A DNA stretch of 64,000 nucleotides, taken from contig OY760935.1 in NCBI GenBank assembly GCA_963664295.1, forward strand, positions 320,001-384,000, written 5' to 3'. The stretch comes from Candidatus Altimarinota bacterium. Its GTDB lineage: Bacteria > Patescibacteriota > Gracilibacteria > CAIRYL01 > GCA-016699755. This document shows, piece by piece, positions 1 through 9,492 of the stretch. Made by a program: the position numbers and the translations under genes. Each line of letters begins with the position of its first letter. The first letter of the stretch is position 1. The notes beneath the pieces are model-generated. The model saw only the letters and a program-made list of their open reading frames with translations. It did no database searches and was not told the DNA's origin.

Positions 1-3000
1 AAAATTCTTCTGCTTCCATATCTGGTGGAAATAGTGGATACATAGGAGGAATTGTCTATTGGCCATATAATAGTAATATTACTAATTGTTCCACAAATTT
101 AGAGCTAACAGGGAATAATATTAGATATATAGGTGGTATTGTTGGTGGAAAATCTAGTGACAATCAAGGTAATACAATAATTGATAATTGTTCAGCAACT
201 TTAAGCTTTGATGGCACTAACAGCTCTCTTTATGTTGGCGGTATTATTGGTTACTTAAATGATCAAACTCAAGTTTTAAATTCCTCTGCCAATGTTGACA
301 TTGTCACTAATGGTGAAGGTAGCCACTTAGGCGGTATCGTTGGTTATGCTACTTATGGTGGCGGTAAAATTATCAATTCTTCAGCAAGTGGCTATATTGA
401 AGGACATCAAAACTTAGGTGGCATTGTGGGCTATATAAATAATGGTGCTCAAATTGATGGTTCTTATGCTGACATTATTGTTAATGGAACTAAAATTTTA
501 GGAGGTATTGCAGGCTATGTTTATAGATCAGGATCTATTATTAATTCTTATTCAACAGGTGCTGTTTATGGCGATGAGTATATTAGTGGATTAGCTGGCT
601 ATGTTTATGTAAACAATAACTCAGCTCCTACTTTTGAAAATAACTACAGTCTTGCAAGTGTTGACTATGAACGCTTTGGAGGAACTCTTGTTGGTGCTGT
701 TACTAAAACTAATATTAGTTATCCTGATGTAAATCTTGATTCAAATTTTGCTTATCAAAGAAGCACAGAAGTAGAAATACCAATTTGTGGCTCAACTGGC
801 TATATAGGCGGTATTAGTTTGTTGGTTGATCAACTAAAAGAGCAAACAATATTCGAAGACGCAGGTTGGGATTATACAACTCCAGTATGGAAACAAGAAA
901 ATATTGATCCACCTCGTGAATTTGCGCCTTGTCTTGCTTGGCAAGATGCAGAAGATTGCTATTCAGTAGATGATTTAAGTTGTGGAAATGGTCAATTGCA
1001 AGGTGAAGAAACTTGTGATGACATGAACAATATTAGTGGTGATGGTTGTACTGATAAATGTGCTGTAGAAGATGGCTGGAATTGTTATCAAGATCCTTTT
1101 ATTGACGAAACAAGCATGAATGGTGTCACTCGTTGTACAAAAGCAACTTTGATTCAAGATTGTGCAGGTTTGCAGGCAATTGAAAGCGACCTAGATGCTG
1201 ATTATGAAATTATTAAAGATATTGATTGTAGTGAAACAGCAACTTGGAACCCAGATGGTTCAGGTGGATATTATGGCTTTAATCCAATTGGCTTAATAAA
1301 CGCACCATTTACAGGTACTCTTGATGGTCGTGGACATGAAATAACTGGTCTAACCATTGAAAGAAACGAAAACAGGGTTGGTTTATTTAATAACACAGAA
1401 AATGCAACTATAAAAATGCTAGGACTAAAAGATGTTTATATTAAAGGTATTTCTCAGGTTGGCGGTCTTGTTGGTGGTGCAGGTAATAGCACATTAATTT
1501 CAGAATGTTTTGTTACAGGCCTTGTGCAAGCAATTAACACTGGTCAATCAAGTACTCAAATAGGAGGTATAGTGGGAAGTGGCGCAGGAATAAACATTGG
1601 GGATTCTTATGTCATTGTTAATACAAGTGGTTATGATTCCGTTGGTAGTATTGCGGGTAACTTAAATAGTAGCCATATTATACGTGTTTACTCTGATAGT
1701 ACTGTTGGTGGAGAATTATTAGATTCTTATGTTGGTAGTATCGCAGGTTTTGCAAATGATATTGATTATGCTTACTGGAATATTGATAAAAATAATTACG
1801 AACCTTGTGGAAATATTTGTTCTGCAACTGGTTTAACAACAGAACAAATGTTTGAGTTAAATAGCTTCCCTCAATTTGCTTCAAATATCTGGAAATTACC
1901 AACAACTGGCACATCTCCTTGTCTTGCTTGGCAAGAAGATGAGAATTGTCCAGGCTATGTTCTTGATCCAATTGGAATTTCTTCCTGTGAAGATTTACAA
2001 AAAATAGGAAAAGAAGAAGAATATCCTATGAATGGTAGATATATTCTTACTCAAAATATTGATTGTAGTGAAACAGTAACTTGGAACCCAGATGGTACAG
2101 GCGGATACTTTGGCTTTGAGCCATTAGGTGAATTTATAGGAGTTTTTGAAGGAAATAATAAAACAATTACTGGTCTATATATCAATAGGCCTACTGAAAA
2201 TACAATTGGATTATTTTCTACATTAAAAGGCGCAGAAGTAAGAAACCTTGGATTAGTTGGTTTAAACATTACTGGTGGTAGCCAAACTGGTGGTCTAGCT
2301 GGTGCAACCCTTAATCAAACTGAGATTGTTAATGTTTATACCAAGGGAACAGTGAGTGGTGCACCAAGTCAAAACAGAATTGGCGGTCTTATAGGACAGC
2401 AAAATTATACAATAGTAGACAATTGTTACTCAGAAGCCACAGTGACAGGATATGACTATTATGTTGGTGGTTTGGTTGGTGAATTAAAATCAAGCTCAGA
2501 GATTAAAAATTCTCATACAACAGGTGATGTCAATAGTAGTAGCACTTCTGTTGGTGGTTTAGCTGGGGTTAGCAATGCTTCAATAGTAGATAATTGTTAT
2601 TCTACTTCCAGTGTGAAAGGTGGCAATAGCACTGGCGGTTTAATTGGTAATGCTAATAGTGCTGGTGGAAAAACCATAAATTCTCACGCAACAGGTGAAG
2701 TAGAGGGTAACAATAGTGTTGGTGGTTTAATTGGACTTAATCAAACTGCAAAGGTTGACAATTGTTATTCAGAGGCTACAGTGACAGCCAATAGCAAAGT
2801 TGGTGGATTAATAGGGTCAAATCAATATGCAGAAGTTTCTAATTCACATAATACTGGATCAGTCACTGCAAGTAGTGGTTATGCTGGTGGTTTGGTTGGA
2901 GAAAATACTAGTAGTTCAGCTAAAATTACAAATTCTTATAATACTGGATCAGTCACTGCAACTGGTAATTATGCTGGTGGTTTAACTGGCTATAATTTTA

Positions 3001-3494
3001 ATAATGCAATAGTTGAATATTCGTACAATACTGGATTAGTCACTGGAGCTATGTATGTTGGTGGTTTGGCTGGTTATAATTATTTCCCAAATACCAAAAT
3101 TGCAAGCTCATATAACACTGGTACAGTGTCAGGTAATAGTTATATGGGAGGTGTGGTTGGACAAAATACTAGCAATGCTATAGTTTCAAACTCATATAAT
3201 ACTGGTGTAGTTGTAGACTTAGATGGTAATTCAGATACTGTTGCTGGCTTGGTTGGTAGAAATGCAGGAATAGTTGAAAATTCTTACTACAACACAGAAA
3301 CATCAAATCAAACAAGTACTTGTGGCACTATACTTCCTTGTGCTGAAGCAGGATTAACAAGTGCAGAAATGAGTACATCAAGTAATTTTTCAACTTGGAT
3401 ATTCTCACCAACTCCTGATGCAGACTGGCAATTACCAACAGGCGGTACATCTCCTTGCTTAATTTGGCAAGATACAGCAACTTGCCCACAATAA
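1..3494 (+). CDS. Large secreted/surface GLUG-repeat protein with a Myxococcus-type Cys-rich (DUF4215-like) repeat; 5' end lies before the window
   Basis: Frame is open from base 3 (NSSASISGGNSGYIGGIV...) into the 426 ORF; many VGGLVG/IGGIVG GLUG motifs; CGNGQLQGEETCDDMNNISGDGCTDKC motif; modules delimited by PCL(A/I)WQ(D/E) and IDCSETxTWNPDG. Confidence 0.85.
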   Translation, partial: NSSASISGGNSGYIGGIVYWPYNSNITNCSTNLELTGNNIRYIGGIVGGKSSDNQGNTIIDNCSATLSFDGTNSSLYVGGIIGYLNDQTQVLNSSANVDIVTNGEGSHLGGIVGYATYGGGKIINSSASGYIEGHQNLGGIVGYINNGAQIDGSYADIIVNGTKILGGIAGYVYRSGSIINSYSTGAVYGDEYISGLAGYVYVNNNSAPTFENNYSLASVDYERFGGTLVGAVTKTNISYPDVNLDSNFAYQRSTEVEIPICGSTGYIGGISLLVDQLKEQTIFEDAGWDYTTPVWKQENIDPPREFAPCLAWQDAEDCYSVDDLSCGNGQLQGEETCDDMNNISGDGCTDKCAVEDGWNCYQDPFIDETSMNGVTRCTKATLIQDCAGLQAIESDLDADYEIIKDIDCSETATWNPDGSGGYYGFNPIGLINAPFTGTLDGRGHEITGLTIERNENRVGLFNNTENATIKMLGLKDVYIKGISQVGGLVGGAGNSTLISECFVTGLVQAINTGQSSTQIGGIVGSGAGINIGDSYVIVNTSGYDSVGSIAGNLNSSHIIRVYSDSTVGGELLDSYVGSIAGFANDIDYAYWNIDKNNYEPCGNICSATGLTTEQMFELNSFPQFASNIWKLPTTGTSPCLAWQEDENCPGYVLDPIGISSCEDLQKIGKEEEYPMNGRYILTQNIDCSETVTWNPDGTGGYFGFEPLGEFIGVFEGNNKTITGLYINRPTENTIGLFSTLKGAEVRNLGLVGLNITGGSQTGGLAGATLNQTEIVNVYTKGTVSGAPSQNRIGGLIGQQNYTIVDNCYSEATVTGYDYYVGGLVGELKSSSEIKNSHTTGDVNSSSTSVGGLAGVSNASIVDNCYSTSSVKGGNSTGGLIGNANSAGGKTINSHATGEVEGNNSVGGLIGLNQTAKVDNCYSEATVTANSKVGGLIGSNQYAEVSNSHNTGSVTASSGYAGGLVGENTSSSAKITNSYNTGSVTATGNYAGGLTGYNFNNAIVEYSYNTGLVTGAMYVGGLAGYNYFPNTKIASSYNTGTVSGNSYMGGVVGQNTSNAIVSNSYNTGVVVDLDGNSDTVAGLVGRNAGIVENSYYNTETSNQTSTCGTILPCAEAGLTSAEMSTSSNFSTWIFSPTPDADWQLPTGGTSPCLIWQDTATCPQ
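1219..2096 (+). repeat. Intragenic 41-bp direct repeat (1219-1259 and 2056-2096, one mismatch)
   Basis: atattgattgtagtgaaacag(c/t)aacttggaacccagatggt occurs twice. Confidence 0.85.
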
Positions 3495-3519
3495 ATAAGC
3501 TAGATTTACAGTAAAAAAT

Positions 3520-3549
3520 AAAACCTCGCCTTAAAAAAGCGGGGTTTTT
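3520..3549. terminator. Probable bidirectional intrinsic terminator
   Basis: aaaacctcgc-loop-gcggggttttt between convergent genes. Confidence 0.7.
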
Positions 3550-3550
3550 A

Positions 3551-3955
3551 TTATTCACAAGCAAATTTTCCTTTAATGTTTTTATTAAATTCACTACCAA
3601 ACGAGCTAGCAGACTTAAAATCTTCCCAAATAGACAAAGGTAAGGAGCAATAATGATAATAAGTGCCACTCAAGTTGATAACCATGTATTCATTTTCTGC
3701 ATCATACCATGCACCACGAACCCAAGAGCTTTTTGATGTATCTAATTCCTCAAAAAGAGCAATATCCACAGGTTCATCACAATATTTTACATCAACTAGT
3801 TTTGGCTCTTGTTTTGGTTCAGATTTTTCTTCTATGATTTTTATTTCTTCTGTAAGCTCTTGATTTATATTATTAACAGGGGACTGCTCAACTTCTTTTT
3901 GCGCACAGGCAGAAAAACTTAAACACAAAATAAAAATTAAGATTATTTTTTTCAT
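3551..3955 (-). CDS. KTSC-domain lipoprotein
   Basis: Lipobox FSAC after a hydrophobic signal; C-terminal SSWVRGAWYD...YHY..P..W..F.SASSFG.EFN..IKGKF matches the KTSC pattern. Confidence 0.75.
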   Translation of the reverse strand: MKKIILIFILCLSFSACAQKEVEQSPVNNINQELTEEIKIIEEKSEPKQEPKLVDVKYCDEPVDIALFEELDTSKSSWVRGAWYDAENEYMVINLSGTYYHYCSLPLSIWEDFKSASSFGSEFNKNIKGKFACE

Positions 3956-4010
3956 TTGTTGATTATAAAATATTGCTTTATTATTAAAATATGTTTTTAC
4001 CGTATTTACA

Positions 4011-4679
4011 ATGAAAAAATTAGCTCTTATCTTTTCTTTTGTGCTTTTGTTGCCCTTTGTTGCTTTGGCAGGGGATTATTTTTCTGATGTTCCTGCAAGT
4101 CATCCAAACAGCACAGCAATTTATTATATGAAAGAAAAATTTATTCTAAAAGGCTACGAAGATGGCACTTTTCGTCCTGAAAACGCTGTTAATCGTGCTG
4201 AATTGATGAAAATTATTGTTGAATCAAATCCAATGGACTTTGTTTCCGAAGAATATGACAAAACTTGTTTTACTGACACTAAACAAGGTCAATGGTTTAC
4301 GCCATATATTTGCTATGCCCGTGCAAAAGGCTGGGTATCAGGTTATAAAGATGGAACTTTTGGTCCTGAAAAAAAAGTAACCAAAGCAGAGGCAATTAAA
4401 ATGGTGCTTGAAGCCTATGGTTTTTATATACCTGATTCTGTTAATAAAACTTCTTTTGAAGATGTAAAAACTGACGACTGGTTTGCGATTTATGTAGAAA
4501 GAGCTTATAAGCTTACTCTTATTGATTCTGATGATGGTAATTATTTGCACCCAAATGAACCAATTACTCGTGCTGGAATAAGTCAGCTGATTTATAATGT
4601 AATTATGTTGTCTTTTGATGATATGGATGCAATTTCTGGCGAAACTGGTCGAGGTGTCTCTGGTGAACTTGGTAGATAA
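4011..4679 (+). CDS. S-layer homology (SLH) domain protein
   Basis: Signal peptide; three SLH repeats (FSDV...GYEDGTFRPENAVNRAE, GYKDGTFGPEKKVTKAE, PNEPITRAG). Confidence 0.85.
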   Translation: MKKLALIFSFVLLLPFVALAGDYFSDVPASHPNSTAIYYMKEKFILKGYEDGTFRPENAVNRAELMKIIVESNPMDFVSEEYDKTCFTDTKQGQWFTPYICYARAKGWVSGYKDGTFGPEKKVTKAEAIKMVLEAYGFYIPDSVNKTSFEDVKTDDWFAIYVERAYKLTLIDSDDGNYLHPNEPITRAGISQLIYNVIMLSFDDMDAISGETGRGVSGELGR

Positions 4680-4795
4680 ATAAAAATCAATTTACCCTTG
4701 CTTTTTCTGGTTAGTTCAGGCAAAATGCAGTAGATTTCGCTTTTTTGGATACATATTTTGTGTCTGAAACTGCCGACTATATTACCTATAACCCT

Positions 4796-5059
4796 ATGAA
4801 AAGAGAAGATAAAAAAGATTTAATGCAAAAACACGGTGCACACAAGAAAGACACAGGTTCTGCACCAGTGCAAATTGCTATTCTTACTGATAAGATTAAG
4901 TATCTCACAGGACATTTAAAAACACACCCAAAAGATGATCACAGCAGAAGGGGATTGTTATTGATGGTTGGAAAACGCAGAAAATTACTTAATTTTTTGA
5001 AAAACAGAGACAAGCCCGCTTATGTTAAACTTGTGGAAGACTTAGGACTTAGACACTAA
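4796..5059 (+). CDS. rpsO: 30S ribosomal protein S15
   Basis: [13 protein letters not shown]...[26 protein letters not shown]; likely start is ATG 4796; upstream of pnp. Confidence 0.97.
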   Translation: MKREDKKDLMQKHGAHKKDTGSAPVQIAILTDKIKYLTGHLKTHPKDDHSRRGLLLMVGKRRKLLNFLKNRDKPAYVKLVEDLGLRH

Positions 5060-5078
5060 AATCAGTTTTCATAAAAAA

Positions 5079-5108
5079 AGGAGCTACTTAGCTCCTCTTT
5101 TTCTTTTT
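5079..5108 (+). terminator. Intrinsic terminator between rpsO and pnp
   Basis: aggagcta-ct-tagctcct followed by a T-rich tail. Confidence 0.7.
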
Positions 5109-5138
5109 GGATAATTAAAAAATTTTTAAATAAATATA

Positions 5139-7241
5139 ATGAAAGAAGTAAAAATATTTTCCCTTATGCTAGGTGACAAAGAAATAACCGTTGAGTTTGG
5201 TCGTTTAGCAGATCAGGCTGATGGAGCTTGTACTGTTCGTTGTGGTGATACTGTTGTACTTGCTACTGCAGTAATCAGTAAAAACCCACCTCGTGATGGT
5301 GTTGATTTTTTGCCTTTAATGGTGAATTTTCAAGAAAGATATTATGCGTCTGGATCTATTAAATCCAGTCGTTTTATGAAAAGAGAGTCAAGACCTGCTG
5401 ATGACAAAATTTTAATCAGTCGTTTAATTGATCGCTCAATACGCCCACTTTTTCCAAAATACGTAAGGCAAGATATGCAAGTTATGATTTATCCTTTAAG
5501 TTATGATGGTACTGAGCAACATGATATTCTTGGAGCTTTGGCAGCTAGTGCGGCTTTGACAGTATCAAAAATACCTTTCGAAGGCCCAATAGCTACAGTT
5601 CGTGTTGGCATGATAAATGGTGAGTTTGTTCTTAATCCAACCACAGAAGCAAGAGAAAAATCAGATCTTGATCTTGTTGTTTCTTCAACAGAAGAAAATG
5701 TTGTCATGATTGAGGCTGGTGCCAATGAAATATCAGAAGAAAAAATGCTTGAGGCAATTGCTTTTGGTAAAAAATGGGCTAAAAAGATTTGTGCTTTTAT
5801 TAATGAAATTAGAGCAGAAATTGGTGACGAAAAATTAGAAATTACTAAACCAGAAACAAACGAGGAAATGGAAAATTTTGTTCGTGACAATTTTGGTACA
5901 ATAATTGATGAAGCAATTTTTGAATATCCAGTTAAACTAGAGCGTATAGCACGCAAAAAAGAAATTATCACTGAAATAGAAGAAAAAATAAAAGAAACCC
6001 AAGGTGAAGAAGCTGATTTAAGCGGAGTTGCTCCTGCTTTTAATGCTGTTTTTAAGGAAAAAATCAGGGGATTTATTTTAAATGAGGAAAAAAGAATTGC
6101 AGGTAGAAAATTAACAGAAATTCGTCCATTAAAAACTGAAGTAGGTGTTTTGCCTCGCACACACGGTAGTGCAATATTTACCAGAGGAGAAACACAGGGT
6201 CTTACAATAGCTACTTTGGGTGGCCCTGGTGATCAATTAATTACAGAAGGAATAGAAGGTGAGGCAAAACATAGATTTTTTCATTACTACACATTCCCAC
6301 CGTTTTCAGTAGGAGAATGTTCTAACAGGCTTTTTACTGGCAATCGTGAAATTGGTCATGGTGCATTGGCACAAAGAGCATTAGAGCCTGTTTTACCATC
6401 TGCAAAAGATTTTGCTTATACAATAATGGCAAATACAGACATAATGGCTTCAAATGGATCTTCTTCTATGGCCGCAACTTGCGGAACAACATTAGCTCTT
6501 ATGGACGCAGGTGTACCAATCAAAGCTCCTGTTTCTGGTATTGCAATGGGCTTAATGACTGATGAAACAGGTAATTATAAAATTCTTTCAGACATTCAAG
6601 ATGATGAAGACTTTGGTGGTGATATGGATTTTAAAGTGACAGGAACAGAAAATGGTATTACAGCAATTCAAATGGATATCAAAATTAAAGGATTATCACA
6701 AGAAATTTTTGAAAAAGCTTTAGCACAAGCCAAACAAGGCAGAATGGAAATTCTTGAAAAAATGCTAGCAACAATTCCAGAATACAGAAAAGAGCTATCT
6801 CCATATGCACCTTCTTTAATTACAATGCAAATTAATCCAGAAAAAATTCGTGATGTAATTGGCAAAGGAGGAGAAACAATCAATAAGATTATTGATGAAA
6901 CAGGAGTTGAAATGGATATTGAACAAGATGGCACAGTAGTAATTACTGCAAAAGATCAAGAAGGCGGAAAAAGAGCTCAAGAATGGGTACTAAAACTCAC
7001 AGCTGATCCAGAACTAGGCAAAATATACGAAGGAAAAGTAGTAAGAATAGAGGAATATGGTGCTTTTGTGGAAATTATGAACGGACACCAAGGATTACTT
7101 CATGTTTCTTTAATTTCTAACGAAAGAATTCCAAGCGTAAAAGATGTCTTAAAAATGGGACAAATTGTAAAAGTGCAACTTGTTGAAATAGACAACCTTG
7201 GTCGCTTGAAATTAGCAATGAAAGGTGTGCCCCAGGATTGA
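5139..7241 (+). CDS. pnp: Polyribonucleotide nucleotidyltransferase
   Basis: Two RNase PH domains (RLIDRSIRPLF, HGSAIFTRGETQ, SNGSSSMA, GDMDFKV), then KH and S1 domains. Confidence 0.97.
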   Translation: MKEVKIFSLMLGDKEITVEFGRLADQADGACTVRCGDTVVLATAVISKNPPRDGVDFLPLMVNFQERYYASGSIKSSRFMKRESRPADDKILISRLIDRSIRPLFPKYVRQDMQVMIYPLSYDGTEQHDILGALAASAALTVSKIPFEGPIATVRVGMINGEFVLNPTTEAREKSDLDLVVSSTEENVVMIEAGANEISEEKMLEAIAFGKKWAKKICAFINEIRAEIGDEKLEITKPETNEEMENFVRDNFGTIIDEAIFEYPVKLERIARKKEIITEIEEKIKETQGEEADLSGVAPAFNAVFKEKIRGFILNEEKRIAGRKLTEIRPLKTEVGVLPRTHGSAIFTRGETQGLTIATLGGPGDQLITEGIEGEAKHRFFHYYTFPPFSVGECSNRLFTGNREIGHGALAQRALEPVLPSAKDFAYTIMANTDIMASNGSSSMAATCGTTLALMDAGVPIKAPVSGIAMGLMTDETGNYKILSDIQDDEDFGGDMDFKVTGTENGITAIQMDIKIKGLSQEIFEKALAQAKQGRMEILEKMLATIPEYRKELSPYAPSLITMQINPEKIRDVIGKGGETINKIIDETGVEMDIEQDGTVVITAKDQEGGKRAQEWVLKLTADPELGKIYEGKVVRIEEYGAFVEIMNGHQGLLHVSLISNERIPSVKDVLKMGQIVKVQLVEIDNLGRLKLAMKGVPQD

Positions 7242-7246
7242 ACAAA

Positions 7247-7825
7247 TTAACTAAAAAGCATAGCTTTGATTGCATATTGTTCATATGAAGCATGTGCCTG
7301 AAGTGATAAAAACTTTAGATATGCTTGATAATCACTTGATCCGTTTTTTGTGTCTTTATTTTTTGCAAGTTTTTCGCAGTATTGCCAAAATTCTTTTTCA
7401 AAGATTAGCCTTAAGCCAACAGTTTCTAGCTTTTTTTTGATTTGCTCAACAGTATTGTGTATAAAATCAGCATCTTGAGTTAATAAGTCTTTTGCAACAG
7501 GACAAAACTTATTTTCTAGCGTTAAAACAGGTAGCTGATAGTCATATAAAAGAAAAGTCCAGTTTATTGGAAATTCCTTACAGCCTTCTGGTCTAGCTTC
7601 TTCAAGCAAACACTTATCCTTAAAACAACCTTTTACAAAACTTAAATTAGCGCCAGCAATATTTCTTGTTGTCATTTGCATTTGATGTCCTGTCTTTTTT
7701 TGCACTTCTGCTATTTTTTCTTTTATTATAGCCACATCTGCACCAAAAATAGGTAAAGTTGTAAATTTATCTTTGTTTTTGCAACAACCACCAATAGCAC
7801 ATTGGTCTTTTTGGCAAGTTTTCAT
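7247..7825 (-). CDS. Cys-rich putative Zn/Fe-chelating protein (YkgJ/CxxCxxCC-like)
   Basis: N-terminal CxxxxCxxxxCC and later C...C....RPEGCKEFP motif; likely start is ATG 7825. Confidence 0.55.
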   Translation of the reverse strand: MKTCQKDQCAIGGCCKNKDKFTTLPIFGADVAIIKEKIAEVQKKTGHQMQMTTRNIAGANLSFVKGCFKDKCLLEEARPEGCKEFPINWTFLLYDYQLPVLTLENKFCPVAKDLLTQDADFIHNTVEQIKKKLETVGLRLIFEKEFWQYCEKLAKNKDTKNGSSDYQAYLKFLSLQAHASYEQYAIKAMLFS

Positions 7826-7967
7826 CTCAAAAGGATCTATACTAACTCTATTCACATAAAGAAACAAAAGGTAAAAATATTAACACAAAAACCTTATAAG
7901 TCAATACAATTAAGCTTGTTTATTGCCTTATAAAGCCGTAAAATAACTCGCGATATTTGTTTTAAAA

Positions 7968-8969
7968 ATGTTAAAAATAGGAATAAATGGCTATGGTCGT
8001 ATTGGTAGAAATGTACATAGATTATTAATGAATAATCCCAATGTTCAAGTAGTTGCAATAAATACCCGTGCAGATACAAAAATGCGTACACATTTATTAA
8101 AATATGATTCTTTACACGGCAAAGCAAATGCAGAAATAAGCCATGAAGGAGATATAATCACAGTAAATGGACAAGAAGTAAAAAATTTATCAATAAAAGA
8201 CGCAAAAGATATTCCTTGGGGTGAATTAGGAGTAGATGTAGTGCTCGAGAGCACAGGCAGAGCAAAAACACATGAAATAGCCTCAGAACACCTGAAAGGT
8301 GGTGCAAAAAAAGTGCTTGTATCAGCACCAATGAAAGACAACACACCAACTTTTGTATTTGGTGTAAACGAAGAGGGGATTACAGATGATCTTAAGGTAA
8401 TTTCCAATGCCTCTTGTACAACCAACTGTATCGCACCAGTTCTCAAGATTATTGGTGAAGAATATGGTATAGAAAATGTATTCATTACATCAATTCACAG
8501 CTTCACACATTCGCAAAATTTATTAGATAATTCTGGCAGAGACCTACGCAGAGCAAGAAGTGCAGTACAAAGCGTTATTCCAACCACAACCGGCTCTATC
8601 AAAGCCACAGCAAAAATAATACCGGAATTAGAAGGAAAAATAGACGGACTTGCCTTTCGTGTGCCAATTGCCACTTCTAGTGTTTGTGATGTGCGATTAG
8701 TGCTTAACAAAGAAACAACAGAAGAAGAATTAAACAATTTTATAAGCAGAAAAAAAGAAGAAGCAAGTCTAAAAAACATCATCGATACAACAGATGAAGA
8801 GCTTGTTTCAATAGATTTCAAAACAAACACCCATAGCTCAATTTTGGATACAAGCTTAACCAAAGTAATGGACGGAAAATACGTTCAACTTATGCTTTGG
8901 TATGATAATGAATGGGGATATGCTGCTCGTTTGGTTGATGTTTTAAATAAACTAGCAAGCTTTAAGTAA
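7968..8969 (+). CDS. gap: Type I glyceraldehyde-3-phosphate dehydrogenase
   Basis: GINGYGRIGR, SNASCTTNC active site, WYDNEWGY. Confidence 0.95.
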   Translation: MLKIGINGYGRIGRNVHRLLMNNPNVQVVAINTRADTKMRTHLLKYDSLHGKANAEISHEGDIITVNGQEVKNLSIKDAKDIPWGELGVDVVLESTGRAKTHEIASEHLKGGAKKVLVSAPMKDNTPTFVFGVNEEGITDDLKVISNASCTTNCIAPVLKIIGEEYGIENVFITSIHSFTHSQNLLDNSGRDLRRARSAVQSVIPTTTGSIKATAKIIPELEGKIDGLAFRVPIATSSVCDVRLVLNKETTEEELNNFISRKKEEASLKNIIDTTDEELVSIDFKTNTHSSILDTSLTKVMDGKYVQLMLWYDNEWGYAARLVDVLNKLASFK

Positions 8970-8981
8970 GCTTCTTTATTA

Positions 8982-9482
8982 TTAGTCTTGTTGAGTCTTT
9001 AAGGCTTCCGTTCGTTTTTTAAGGTTTTCTTGGATTTCAAGTTCTCCTTGATATTCTGATAATGCTATCAGTGTTTCATCGCTTGTTTTGTTAGTAAGAT
9101 GTTTTAATGAAAGCTTTTTTCCTTTAAATTTTGCCAATTCTTTTGCTTCTTTTACTGTTAGATATTCAAAAACGAAACTAAGTTCTTCTGCTTGAAATTG
9201 ACTTATAATTTCAAATACATCTTGAGTTGGCTTATTTATGCCTAAGTTAATTGGGCATTTGAAAACTGCAAGTTCTTGAGCCACTGGAGCATGTAGGTTT
9301 ATAAGGCCATTTAAAAACATAATGTCATCTTCCGGAGTTATTTTCACAAGATGGTTTGCTATTTTTGGGGTTAATCTGCGTATGCTATTATATTCATTAG
9401 GGATAAGTCCATCAAATTGAGTAGATAAAATTTTATTATGTATTTTTATGTTTTGATCTGTTAATTCTGATGCCTCTTGGGT
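8982..9482 (-). pseudogene. Detached C-terminal LRR-like module of the upstream 1095-aa protein (probable frameshift plus nonsense remnant)
   Basis: Frame is open from 9482 with no ATG upstream of the GTG at 9347; encodes ELTDQNIKIHNKILSTQFD...RRLTPKIANHLV, homologous to module starts in 9493-12780. Confidence 0.55.
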
Positions 9483-9492
9483 TTATGTTGGC

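Noticed and set aside
5501-6160. Antisense or overlapping ORFs in the track (e.g. 5501-6160, 8045-8485, 14266-14703, 51093-51626, 53099-53662)
   Set aside because: Shadow frames of well-supported conserved genes, with no recognisable motifs
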